From an uncultured virus (IMG/VR IMGVR_UViG_3300025021_000095) (taxonomy: Duplodnaviria; Heunggongvirae; Uroviricota; Caudoviricetes), in the IMG/VR virus record IMGVR_UViG_3300025021_000095: a DNA stretch of 20,000 nt, one strand, 5' to 3'. How positions within the stretch are numbered: the stretch's first letter is position 1; the number at the start of each line of letters is the position of its first letter. A program made the position numbers and the translations under genes. Below the pieces are notes generated by a model. The model saw only the letters and a program-made list of their open reading frames with translations, did not search any database and was not told where the DNA came from. Shown here piece by piece: positions 1 to 6,737 of the stretch.

Positions 1-163
1 GGATCAGCCGCTCGTCCTGCAGGGCGGCGAACACGACGGCAGCGGCCTTCGTCTCGGCGGGAGGGAGGACGGCGCGGATGTCGTTCAGGCCCTGGCGCTG
101 ACGCTCGGGCCCACGGGCGGCGCGGAAGGCCGGATGCCGCTCAAAGATCGACGGATGTGTCAT
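1..163 (-). CDS. Phage hypothetical protein, N-terminal part (runs off the window)
   Basis: ATG at 163 overlaps the TGA of the RuvC-like gene (ATGA); open frame MTHPSIFERHPAFRAARGPERQRQGLNDIRAVL... to the window edge. Confidence 0.6.
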   Translation of the reverse strand, partial: MTHPSIFERHPAFRAARGPERQRQGLNDIRAVLPPAETKAAAVVFAALQDERLI

Positions 164-678
164 GCCGCCCTCGGTGTGCCGAGGACGCCGAGCTTGAAGC
201 GCTCAGCATAGCGGGGGGCTCGTTCGTGTACCGTAGCCGCCCACAGTCCAAGGGCATCGGCCGCGTTGTCGTCGCGGGGCGACCAGCCCTGGCGCTGAGC
301 CGCGGCGATCATCGCGGCCTTGTCGGCGTTGCCGTGTCCAGCGAAGAACTTCTTGACGCTCTGCAGGTGGTGCTCGGCGCAGCGGATGTCGCGCAGCCGG
401 CAGCAGAACTCGGTGTGCCACGCAAGCCCCATCAGCTTACGGGCGGTGGCGGGCGTGGTCTTGCCCGCCAGGATCGGCGCCTCGAACACGATCAGCGCCG
501 GGCTCTCCAGCGTGATCATGTCGAGAAGCCACTCGTTGTAGGCCTGGGCGAAGCGGCCGATGTCCTCGCCCGTGGCGGGCAGCACCTTGGTGCCGTAGCT
601 CGGCTCCCCATCGGGCGAGCCACAGGCCCATCCCAACCGGGTTGCCAGATCAAGCGCGAGGATCTTCGGCAGCGCCAT
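160..678 (-). CDS. Phage RuvC-like Holliday junction resolvase
   Basis: ILALDLATRLGWA, IVFEAP, VKKFFAGHGNADK and DNAADALG motifs match the RuvC catalytic layout. Confidence 0.85.
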   Translation of the reverse strand: MALPKILALDLATRLGWACGSPDGEPSYGTKVLPATGEDIGRFAQAYNEWLLDMITLESPALIVFEAPILAGKTTPATARKLMGLAWHTEFCCRLRDIRCAEHHLQSVKKFFAGHGNADKAAMIAAAQRQGWSPRDDNAADALGLWAATVHERAPRYAERFKLGVLGTPRAA

Positions 679-681
679 GGC

Positions 682-1107
682 TCAGTGCACCGCCGGGTCG
701 AGCTGCTTGATGCCGCCGCGAAGCGCCTTGCTGTTGCGATCGGCCGCTTCGTCGTCGGCCTGGGCCTTCGCAGTCTGCCCGGCGCGCCGCTTGGCCTCGT
801 CACCCTCGTCATCAGCGAACAGGTCGGCCTGCGGGTTGAGGTCGAGCTTCTCGCGGTAGTCGTCGAGTGACCGCAGGAAGTCGTCTCGCTTGTCCTGCTC
901 CATGCGCTTCAGCGACAGCACGAGCTTGAACGCCTTGCGGTTGATGCCGTGGGTCTCCTCGGCATCCTTGACCGCAGCGCCGAGCTCGCCGCGGGCCTCA
1001 TCCATGTCGGCTTTCATGCCATCGCACCTGGCGATGAGGCTCTTCAGAACCTCGGGGTGCACGCCCGCCTGCTTCTTCGCCTTGGCGTCCTTCAGCTTCT
1101 CAGCCAT
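682..1107 (-). CDS. GapR-like (DUF2312) DNA-binding protein with C-terminal extension
   Basis: LKSLIARCDGMKADMDEARGELGAAVKDAEETHGINRKAFKLVLSLKRM...DDYREKLDL resembles the GapR helix pattern; GAGGAG RBS. Confidence 0.65.
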   Translation of the reverse strand: MAEKLKDAKAKKQAGVHPEVLKSLIARCDGMKADMDEARGELGAAVKDAEETHGINRKAFKLVLSLKRMEQDKRDDFLRSLDDYREKLDLNPQADLFADDEGDEAKRRAGQTAKAQADDEAADRNSKALRGGIKQLDPAVH

Positions 1108-1155
1108 GTCGGCTCCTCGTCTGTCGCGCGGGATCGCCCCGCGTGGGCGGGCCGC

Positions 1156-1449
1156 TCAGGGCCAGGAAGAGTGGACAGCCGGAAGCTGCGGCTCGCGGCG
1201 TGGCACGCGAGGCTCGACGGGCTCGGAGGCGATCTCGACGCAGGCCGCGACGTGCGCCTCCTGCGTCAGGCGGCAGAGGTGGCCTAGCGCGACGTCATCA
1301 AGATCGACGTCGAGTTCCGGCACGCCGGCCCGCTCCACCTTGAAGGCGGCGCCCTTCCCGATCCGGGTCAGGATCATGACGGCGACCTGAACGCCCTCGG
1401 CGTCGAAGATCGTGAGGCCGTCCACTCGAAGCTCGACGCGTCCGCTCAT
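1156..1449 (-). CDS. Phage hypothetical protein (97 aa, MSGRVELRVDG...)
   Basis: ATG at 1449 in ATGA overlap with the upstream small ORF; typical coding composition. Confidence 0.65.
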   Translation of the reverse strand: MSGRVELRVDGLTIFDAEGVQVAVMILTRIGKGAAFKVERAGVPELDVDLDDVALGHLCRLTQEAHVAACVEIASEPVEPRVPRREPQLPAVHSSWP

Positions 1450-1613
1450 CGGTGCCCCCAGTCTTCGAGCTCGGGGTCTAGGGCGCGGGCCCGCTCGTCG
1501 AGCCACCGCGAGGCGGTGAGCACCGGGACCGACAGGCTGCCGATCCAGAGCAGGCCGATGGACAGGCCGCGCAGGGCCGTGGCCGCGCCTCGAGCAAGAC
1601 GCACCCGCATCAT
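1446..1613 (-). CDS. Small hydrophobic phage protein (55 aa, MMRVRLARGAATALRGLSIGLLWIGSLSVPVL...)
   Basis: Not in the ORF track; read manually; ATGA overlaps at both ends; GGGAGGGG RBS. Confidence 0.55.
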   Translation of the reverse strand: MMRVRLARGAATALRGLSIGLLWIGSLSVPVLTASRWLDERARALDPELEDWGHR

Positions 1614-2038
1614 GGCCGCCCCTCCCGAAGAACCTTGAGCTGCTGACTGAGTGCCGCAGCCTGACGCTCAAGACGCGCCTGCTGGCAGACGCGCGCAGCC
1701 TCTTGCAGCGATGCAGGCGAAGCGTCGGGCGAGACGAAGACGAACAGTTCGGGCCCGTAGGCTTCGATGAGCCGGTGGTAGGCGGTGCCGGACGGCGAGG
1801 ACGCGCGTTCCAGCCACTTCGAGACCGTCTTGGCCGAGATCCCGGTATCGGCCTCGACGTTGGCGGCGGTCTTCGCCGGATGGATTCCGCGCAGGAACTC
1901 GCCGATCCGCTCTGCGAAAGTTTGGGGTTCGATCACCCCAAGCTGTCGCAGGACTTCCCCAGACTTTCGCATGTCGCTCCTCGATGCTGTGAACATCGAG
2001 GAGCGATTTGCAGAGGAGGGCATCGCGGATGAGGTCAT
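1610..2038 (-). CDS. HTH transcriptional regulator, CII-like position (start may be the ATG at 1972)
   Basis: HTH-like segment TAANVEADTGISAKTVSKWLE; lies in the cro operon. Confidence 0.7.
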   Translation of the reverse strand: MTSSAMPSSANRSSMFTASRSDMRKSGEVLRQLGVIEPQTFAERIGEFLRGIHPAKTAANVEADTGISAKTVSKWLERASSPSGTAYHRLIEAYGPELFVFVSPDASPASLQEAARVCQQARLERQAAALSQQLKVLREGRP

Positions 2039-2277
2039 GCCGCGACTCCGAGGTGAACGACGCGACCACCGACAGCTTGCCGGCGGGGGTGGACGCGACG
2101 GAAGAAAAGAGCCGAGGCGAGACGCCCCGGCAGTCGGGTCAGCGAGGTAAACCGACTCGCTGCCGGGCTGAAAAAGAGGAGCGGGCGAGCGGCCTCAGCC
2201 GTCTCGCGCGCAGGAAGCTGGCGCGACTGATCCGCCTGCACGGCGGGAAGGCGCAGTGGGGGCAATGAGCCGATCAC
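2035..2277 (-). CDS. Hypothetical 80-aa ORF overlapping the structured RNA candidate
   Basis: ATGA overlaps at both ends, but atypical composition. Confidence 0.35.
   Translation of the reverse strand: MIGSLPPLRLPAVQADQSRQLPARETAEAARPLLFFSPAASRFTSLTRLPGRLASALFFRRVHPRRQAVGGRVVHLGVAA
2117..2207 (-). ncRNA. Candidate structured RNA (three-way junction with C-rich loops)
   Basis: Nested inverted repeats: GCGAGACG/CGTCTCGC, GCTGAGG/TTTCAGC, CCGGCAG/CTGCCGG. Confidence 0.4.
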
Positions 2278-2711
2278 GGGCGCGCCTCCGAGTACTGGCG
2301 GATGGCGCGGGCCGCGATGCTCGGCGGCACGCCGAGCGCGGACTCGATATCGTCGAGGCTCAGCCCGTGGTCGTGCAGGCAGGCGATGCCGTTGTCGCTG
2401 TAGGCGACACCGGCGGCCGCCTGAGCACGGACGGTCCGAGCGAGGATCGATGCGCTGTTGTCGCTGCGCGTGCCAACGATCTCGTTGACCGCCGCTACGA
2501 TCTCATCACGCGAGCGCGCCCTCTGCCGGCGTCTACGCTTTGGTTCGGCCAGCCCATTGGCGCGCCAGATAGCTTCGAGACCGAGAACATTTGCGCGGAG
2601 GCAGACCCAGTGACGGCCGACGAGGATGCGGCGTGCGACTTCGCCTGCGGTCAAGCCCTCGGCCAGGAGGCTGACGATCGTCGCATCATACTCGTCGCTG
2701 ACCCTCGTCAC
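2274..2711 (-). CDS. HTH protein with GcrA-N-terminus-like first domain
   Basis: DATIVSLLAEGLTAGEVARRILVGRHWVCLRANVLGL; second HTH-like segment GLSLDDIESALGVP; GTG start in GTGA overlap. Confidence 0.6.
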   Translation of the reverse strand: MTRVSDEYDATIVSLLAEGLTAGEVARRILVGRHWVCLRANVLGLEAIWRANGLAEPKRRRRQRARSRDEIVAAVNEIVGTRSDNSASILARTVRAQAAAGVAYSDNGIACLHDHGLSLDDIESALGVPPSIAARAIRQYSEARP

Positions 2712-2848
2712 GGCCGCCCCCACGCAATCGGGGCGTCGAAGGGCTCGCTACTGGTGCTCGAGCAGGCCCACATGACTACGGCGATGCTCACCAGCATGGC
2801 CAAAAGGCAGAGGCGGTCGGACGCCGTGATGCAGCGGAAGCGGGTCAT
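2708..2848 (-). CDS. Small single-TM/lipoprotein-like phage protein (46 aa)
   Basis: MTRFRCITASDRLCLLAMLVSIAVVMWACSS...; ATGA overlap; GGGAGG RBS. Confidence 0.55.
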   Translation of the reverse strand: MTRFRCITASDRLCLLAMLVSIAVVMWACSSTSSEPFDAPIAWGRP

Positions 2849-3165
2849 GGCCGGCCTCCCGCCTCGTACGCGGCGAAGGCGTCGATGAACCGGCCGGTGA
2901 TGCCGATGGGCGATCCGTCCGGCTCGCGGGCGACGGACTTCGCTAACGCCTGGATCGGCGCCCCATGCTGAAGGGCGAAGGAGAGCGCGATCCCGGTGTC
3001 GTGGCCATCGTCGGCCACATCGGACGACGCCTTCGAGCAATCGAGAAAGACCTCGGCGAGGCTACCGTCTGGATAGCGACCGATGCCGGCCGTCCAGCGG
3101 GAACCGCGATGCTCGAAGTCGAAGGCCTCGTGCGAGCGCCGGTTCGGGAGGACGGCGCGGGTCAT
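2845..3165 (-). CDS. Stand-alone TSCPD-like domain protein (resembles the C-terminal domain of class II ribonucleotide reductase NrdJ)
   Basis: R..LPNRR, GRYPDGSLAEVFLD and IALSFALQHGAPI match recalled NrdJ C-terminal motifs (RERLPxRR, GEYxDGRLGEIFID, IAVSLGLQYGVPL). Confidence 0.75.
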   Translation of the reverse strand: MTRAVLPNRRSHEAFDFEHRGSRWTAGIGRYPDGSLAEVFLDCSKASSDVADDGHDTGIALSFALQHGAPIQALAKSVAREPDGSPIGITGRFIDAFAAYEAGGRP

Positions 3166-3443
3166 GCCGAGACTCCCAACGAGACCGCCTCACCGGACGC
3201 CGACCGGATGGATGCGCATTCGGGGCGGTCGATCCCCTCCGGCCACTCGGCGCCCTCGGGCCAGTTGTCGGAGAGCCAGCGGAGCGCGCTCGCGAGGTGA
3301 CGGGATCCGACGTCGCCACCCTCGCGCAGAAGGCGGACACGCTTTCCGTCGTTGAAGAGGAAGGCAGAGACACGCGCGTCGGACACCTCGCGCTTCGCGC
3401 GGAAGGCGTCGATGACCCGCAGGAGATGGTCGACCGTCAGCAT
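3162..3443 (-). CDS. Cro-like repressor
   Basis: Divergent from cI; VSDARVSAFLFNDGKRVRLLREGGDV...ALRWLSDNWPEGAEWP is typical of alphaproteobacterial phage Cro-like proteins. Confidence 0.75.
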   Translation of the reverse strand: MLTVDHLLRVIDAFRAKREVSDARVSAFLFNDGKRVRLLREGGDVGSRHLASALRWLSDNWPEGAEWPEGIDRPECASIRSASGEAVSLGVSA

Positions 3444-3452
3444 GGCCACATT

Positions 3453-3529
3453 AATGGGGGCTATCTCCCCCATTCGTCAAGGCCTACTTCCCCCTCGGTG
3501 CCACGGAAGGCCGGGGGTATTTTCCCCCG
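3453..3529. promoter_or_regulatory. OR-like operator region: three GGGGG-N6-CCCCC-type sites and a leftward -35 (TTGACG, 3480-3475)
   Basis: AATGGGGG-CTATCT-CCCCCATT (3453-3474), degenerate AAGGC-CTACTT-CCCCC (3479-3494), CGGGGG-TATTTT-CCCCCG (3512-3529). Confidence 0.8.
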
Positions 3530-3530
3530 C

Positions 3531-4259
3531 ATGGCAAGAGACATTCGCGTGCGTATTCAGGAGCGGCTTGCCGACCTTCAGAAGTCCATGCGGGCGGCGT
3601 CGATTGACGGCGGTATGGGGGCGACGGCGATCAAGGATCTCATGCGTCGGCCGAATGACTCGCCCAGCATGGAAACGGTTGAGAAGCTGGCCAAAGGGCT
3701 AAACACGACCGCCGCATGGCTTGCATACGAAGCCGGACCGAAGACGCTTCGACCCACCTCGTCCGGCGGCTTAGCCGACGCCAGCCGGAACTTTGGCCTC
3801 GCGCGAGTCGATGGTTCTGTTAGTGCGGGGATGTTCCTTGCGGCATCGGTATTTGACGATACCCCGGGTGAGATGATTTCCGCCCCGCGCGATCCCGACT
3901 ACCCCTTCGCCGCTCAACTCGCCTTCCGCGTCGAGGGCGACTCCATGGACAAGGCTGAGCCACGACCCATTCGTGATGGCGACTTCGTTATCTGCTGCGC
4001 GTGGTCTGATCTCGGCCTTGAGCCCGCCGATGGAATGATCCTCGTCATCCAGCAGACCTTGGACGACGGCAGACTGCGCGAGCGATCGGTCAAGAAATTC
4101 AGCCTCGACGGCGATAGGGCCATTTTCGCTCCTATGTCGTCGAACCCCAAGCATGCGCCGATCATCGTGCCAAGAGACTTCAATCCCGAGGATGGAAAGC
4201 AGGTGACCATCCTCGGTTTGGTGCGTTTTGTGTTCGACTATCAAGTCATTCGTTGGTAG
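3531..4259 (+). CDS. CI-like phage repressor (XRE HTH plus S24 autopeptidase)
   Basis: N-terminal HTH (SMRAASIDGGMGATAIKDLMR...PSMETVEKLAKGL), VSAG cleavage site, VEGDSM catalytic Ser, SVKK catalytic Lys. Confidence 0.9.
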   Translation: MARDIRVRIQERLADLQKSMRAASIDGGMGATAIKDLMRRPNDSPSMETVEKLAKGLNTTAAWLAYEAGPKTLRPTSSGGLADASRNFGLARVDGSVSAGMFLAASVFDDTPGEMISAPRDPDYPFAAQLAFRVEGDSMDKAEPRPIRDGDFVICCAWSDLGLEPADGMILVIQQTLDDGRLRERSVKKFSLDGDRAIFAPMSSNPKHAPIIVPRDFNPEDGKQVTILGLVRFVFDYQVIRW

Positions 4260-4539
4260 TCGATCGCCCTTCGCCGGGCTGAAGCATGTAGCGGACCGAT
4301 AGGATCGTCGCCCCAGTCTCCCCGCAATACATGCAATCCGGGTCTATCTCCTTGACGGCTCCCGACTCGTAGAAGTCGTGCATCGTCGCGGGGTCGTCTG
4401 GTTCGTCGACCATGCGGACGACCTGGGACCGCTCACGGTCGCAACAGCGACAGCGAAGCCGCACTGAAAAGGCACGCTCTTGCGCCAGCGGCATCGAATC
4501 GGCCGAGAGGGTGGAACGCTCGACGGTCAGCAGTGACAT
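4246..4539 (-). CDS. Small Zn-ribbon protein (97 aa), putatively SOS-regulated
   Basis: CRCC...CMYC; GAGGAG RBS 6 nt before ATG 4539; LexA box just upstream. Confidence 0.7.
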   Translation of the reverse strand: MSLLTVERSTLSADSMPLAQERAFSVRLRCRCCDRERSQVVRMVDEPDDPATMHDFYESGAVKEIDPDCMYCGETGATILSVRYMLQPGEGRSTTNE

Positions 4540-4555
4540 GGGCATCTCCTCAGAT

Positions 4556-4570
4556 GTTCTTACTTCGTTC
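4556..4570 (-). promoter_or_regulatory. Alphaproteobacterial LexA (SOS) box
   Basis: GTTC-TTACTTC-GTTC is an exact GTTC-N7-GTTC match, just upstream of the RBS; TTGACT on the minus strand at 4590-4585. Confidence 0.8.
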
Positions 4571-4744
4571 TCAATCCATGGTAGAGTCAATCGGCGACAA
4601 TACGCGCCCTGAAAATTTTTCACCGGCTGTGCGGAAGTCCGAATTTATCAACAAATACAAGGTTTTGTCGGTGTATACAGGCTGTTGATTTACCTTACGC
4701 CGGGTCAGCATCTCACGGTGCGTAGACCGCCAGAATGAGAGAAC

Positions 4745-4797
4745 GGGGGCAAAAGCCCCCATAAAGGATTGACGGGGGCAATATCCCCCACTATCTT
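4745..4797 (+). promoter_or_regulatory. PL-like sigma70 promoter with two operators
   Basis: TTGACG(4769-4774)-N17-TATCTT(4792-4797); operators GGGGG-CAAAAG-CCCCC (4745-4760) and GGGGG-CAATAT-CCCCC (4774-4789). Confidence 0.85.
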
Positions 4798-4834
4798 GCC
4801 TCCATCGCCTCACCCCGAGGCGGTGGAGCGACCG

Positions 4835-5071
4835 ATGTCCCAGGCCCCAGTATACGGCCCGCTGAAGCTGTTCCGGTCGGCCAAGAGCACGGCTTACGCT
4901 CGAACCAAGGCCGAGGCTGCCATCAAGCTCGGCGTCGAAGTGTCCGCCGTGCAGGGCCCCCGGTTCACCGATGCTCTGCGCGGTGAGCCGACCGGCAAGC
5001 GGCGGCACCCAGAGGTCGCCTACCTCGATAGCCGCGCGGTCGTCCGCCGGCTCAACCGGTCGGCCGCCTGA
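4835..5071 (+). CDS. Phage hypothetical basic protein (78 aa), first gene of the PL operon
   Basis: GGAG RBS and ATG 4835, directly downstream of the promoter. Confidence 0.65.
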   Translation: MSQAPVYGPLKLFRSAKSTAYARTKAEAAIKLGVEVSAVQGPRFTDALRGEPTGKRRHPEVAYLDSRAVVRRLNRSAA

Positions 5072-5072
5072 C

Positions 5073-5492
5073 ATGGCCGCCCCGACCCCCCTCCCGAGCG
5101 ACACGCCATTCCACACGGACGGTCGCCTGAACTTCCGGGCCGCGCTCCAGCAGGCCCGCCTCGACCGCGCTCACGAGCGCTTCCGCCGGGTCGATCCGGA
5201 CTACCGGCGTCTCGCCCGGCCGCTGCCGGCGGACCGCCTGAGCAGGGTCCGCCTGTTCCTCGAGAATGTCCGCGCCCGCGTCGCTTCGGAGCGCGCGCTG
5301 CTCGACGGGACCGGCGCGTGGTCCGTCTACGAGCACGTCGAGCGGGAATGGTCCGGCCATCGCTGGCTCGAGCCGGTCTTCGTCGCCTCCTACCCGACCG
5401 GGGTCGCCGCCGAGCGCGCCCTGATCGAGGCCGCCCAAGAGCGCGGGGCGGCGATCTCCGACACGCTTCCCCTCCCGCTGAAGGCTGCCTGA
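5073..5492 (+). CDS. Phage hypothetical protein (139 aa)
   Basis: ATG immediately after the previous stop; high-GC3 codon pattern. Confidence 0.7.
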   Translation: MAAPTPLPSDTPFHTDGRLNFRAALQQARLDRAHERFRRVDPDYRRLARPLPADRLSRVRLFLENVRARVASERALLDGTGAWSVYEHVEREWSGHRWLEPVFVASYPTGVAAERALIEAAQERGAAISDTLPLPLKAA

Positions 5493-5494
5493 CC

Positions 5495-6244
5495 ATGCGC
5501 GTTTCCCAGGACGTTCTCTCCGTGCTCGACCGCGCTACCTGCGAGGGCAACGCCCTGTCGCTCGTCGCCCTCGGGCAGCTCGACCGCAAGCTCTACACCG
5601 ACACGAACAAGGTCCTGGAGGCGGCTGGCGGCAAGTGGAGCCGCAAGGCGAAGGCCCACCTGTTCGACGGCGACGCGGCCGAGGCCGTGGAGCCGATCAT
5701 CCTCACTGGCGAGATCGTCAGCCGGAAGGTCGAGTTCCAGCAGTTCTACACCCCGCCGGACCTAGCCGAGCGCGTCATCGCCGCCGCCGGCATCCTTCCT
5801 GGCATGTGGGTCTTAGAGCCCAGCGCCGGGCGCGGCGCCCTGGCGATCCCGGCGCTTGTTGCCGGTGGCCAGGTCGACTGCGTAGAGCTCAACCGCGCGA
5901 ATGCGGAGCACCTCGACGAGGCCGATCGCTTCGACGTGGTGTGCTGCGACTTCCTCACCGTGGCATCCGAGCGCCAGTACGACCGCGTCGTGATGAACCC
6001 GCCCTTCACGCGGGACCAGGACATCCGGCACGTCGAGCACGCGCTCAAGTTCCTCGCGCCCGGCGGGCGGCTGGTTGCGATCATGAGCGGCGGCGTCCTG
6101 TTCCGGCAGGGCCGAGCCGCCACCTTCCGCGAGATGGTCGCGGCCCGCGGCGGCACCATCGAACCGTTGCCGGCGGACTCCTTCAAGGCGTCCGGCACCT
6201 CGGTCAGCACCTGCCTCGTGACCATCGACGAGCGGGGCGCGTGA
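5495..6244 (+). CDS. Orphan SAM-dependent N6-adenine DNA methyltransferase-like protein
   Basis: QFYTP, VLEPSAGRG (motif I), VMNPPF (motif IV), LAPGGRLVAI, SFKASGTSV. Confidence 0.85.
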   Translation: MRVSQDVLSVLDRATCEGNALSLVALGQLDRKLYTDTNKVLEAAGGKWSRKAKAHLFDGDAAEAVEPIILTGEIVSRKVEFQQFYTPPDLAERVIAAAGILPGMWVLEPSAGRGALAIPALVAGGQVDCVELNRANAEHLDEADRFDVVCCDFLTVASERQYDRVVMNPPFTRDQDIRHVEHALKFLAPGGRLVAIMSGGVLFRQGRAATFREMVAARGGTIEPLPADSFKASGTSVSTCLVTIDERGA

Positions 6245-6477
6245 TGTCCGACGGACAACTCCTCTGCCTCTGCGGCTCGGCCGGCGCCCTGGTGCTGTCC
6301 TGCGTCTGGGGCCTCGTCGACCTCGCCTGCCGCTTCGTCGGCGGACCCGAGACGCCCGCGGACCCGGTGGACGCCTTCCTGGCGCTCGGGCGCGCGGCCC
6401 AGGCCGGCATCGCGGCCAGTGTGGCGGCGCTCGGCACCCTCGTCGGCGGCCTGTTCGGCTGGGCGGTGCGGCCATGA
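6244..6477 (+). CDS. Small two-TM membrane protein (77 aa)
   Basis: TGATG and ATGA overlaps; two hydrophobic segments. Confidence 0.6.
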   Translation: MSDGQLLCLCGSAGALVLSCVWGLVDLACRFVGGPETPADPVDAFLALGRAAQAGIAASVAALGTLVGGLFGWAVRP

Positions 6478-6737
6478 GCGATTGGCTCGACGCCTTCACT
6501 CTCGCCGCCCGCGAGCAGATGACGCTGCCCGGCAACTGGTACGGCTACCTCTTCGAGCGGGTCGACGGTCAGGGCGTGCTGGTCACGGGCAAATGCGTCA
6601 CCCGCGCAATCTCGCGCGGTCCGCGCAAGGGTGAGCCATGCTTCCGGACGGCAGATCCGGAGACCGAGCGGAAGGTCTTCGTTTCGAGCGCCGCCGCCGA
6701 CGCAGCCTCCAAGCGCCTGCGCGAGGCCCGGCGATGA
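6474..6737 (+). CDS. Phage hypothetical protein (87 aa)
   Basis: ATGA-coupled ORF within the operon. Confidence 0.7.
   Translation: MSDWLDAFTLAAREQMTLPGNWYGYLFERVDGQGVLVTGKCVTRAISRGPRKGEPCFRTADPETERKVFVSSAAADAASKRLREARR

Noticed and set aside
3451..3465. CtrA box near the cro promoter
   Set aside because: Only a single TTAA half-site; no TTAA-N7-TTAA
3297..3530. N-terminal extension of CI in the ORF track (320 aa)
   Set aside because: It would overlap cro and the operator region; the HTH begins right after ATG 3531
4600..4740. AT-rich stretch as a possible replication origin or ncRNA
   Set aside because: No iterons or convincing hairpins seen; best explained as upstream promoter DNA between two divergent promoters
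5495..6737. Restriction-modification or other defence system around the methyltransferase
   Set aside because: No endonuclease, specificity subunit or recognisable defence gene adjacent; the context is a phage early operon
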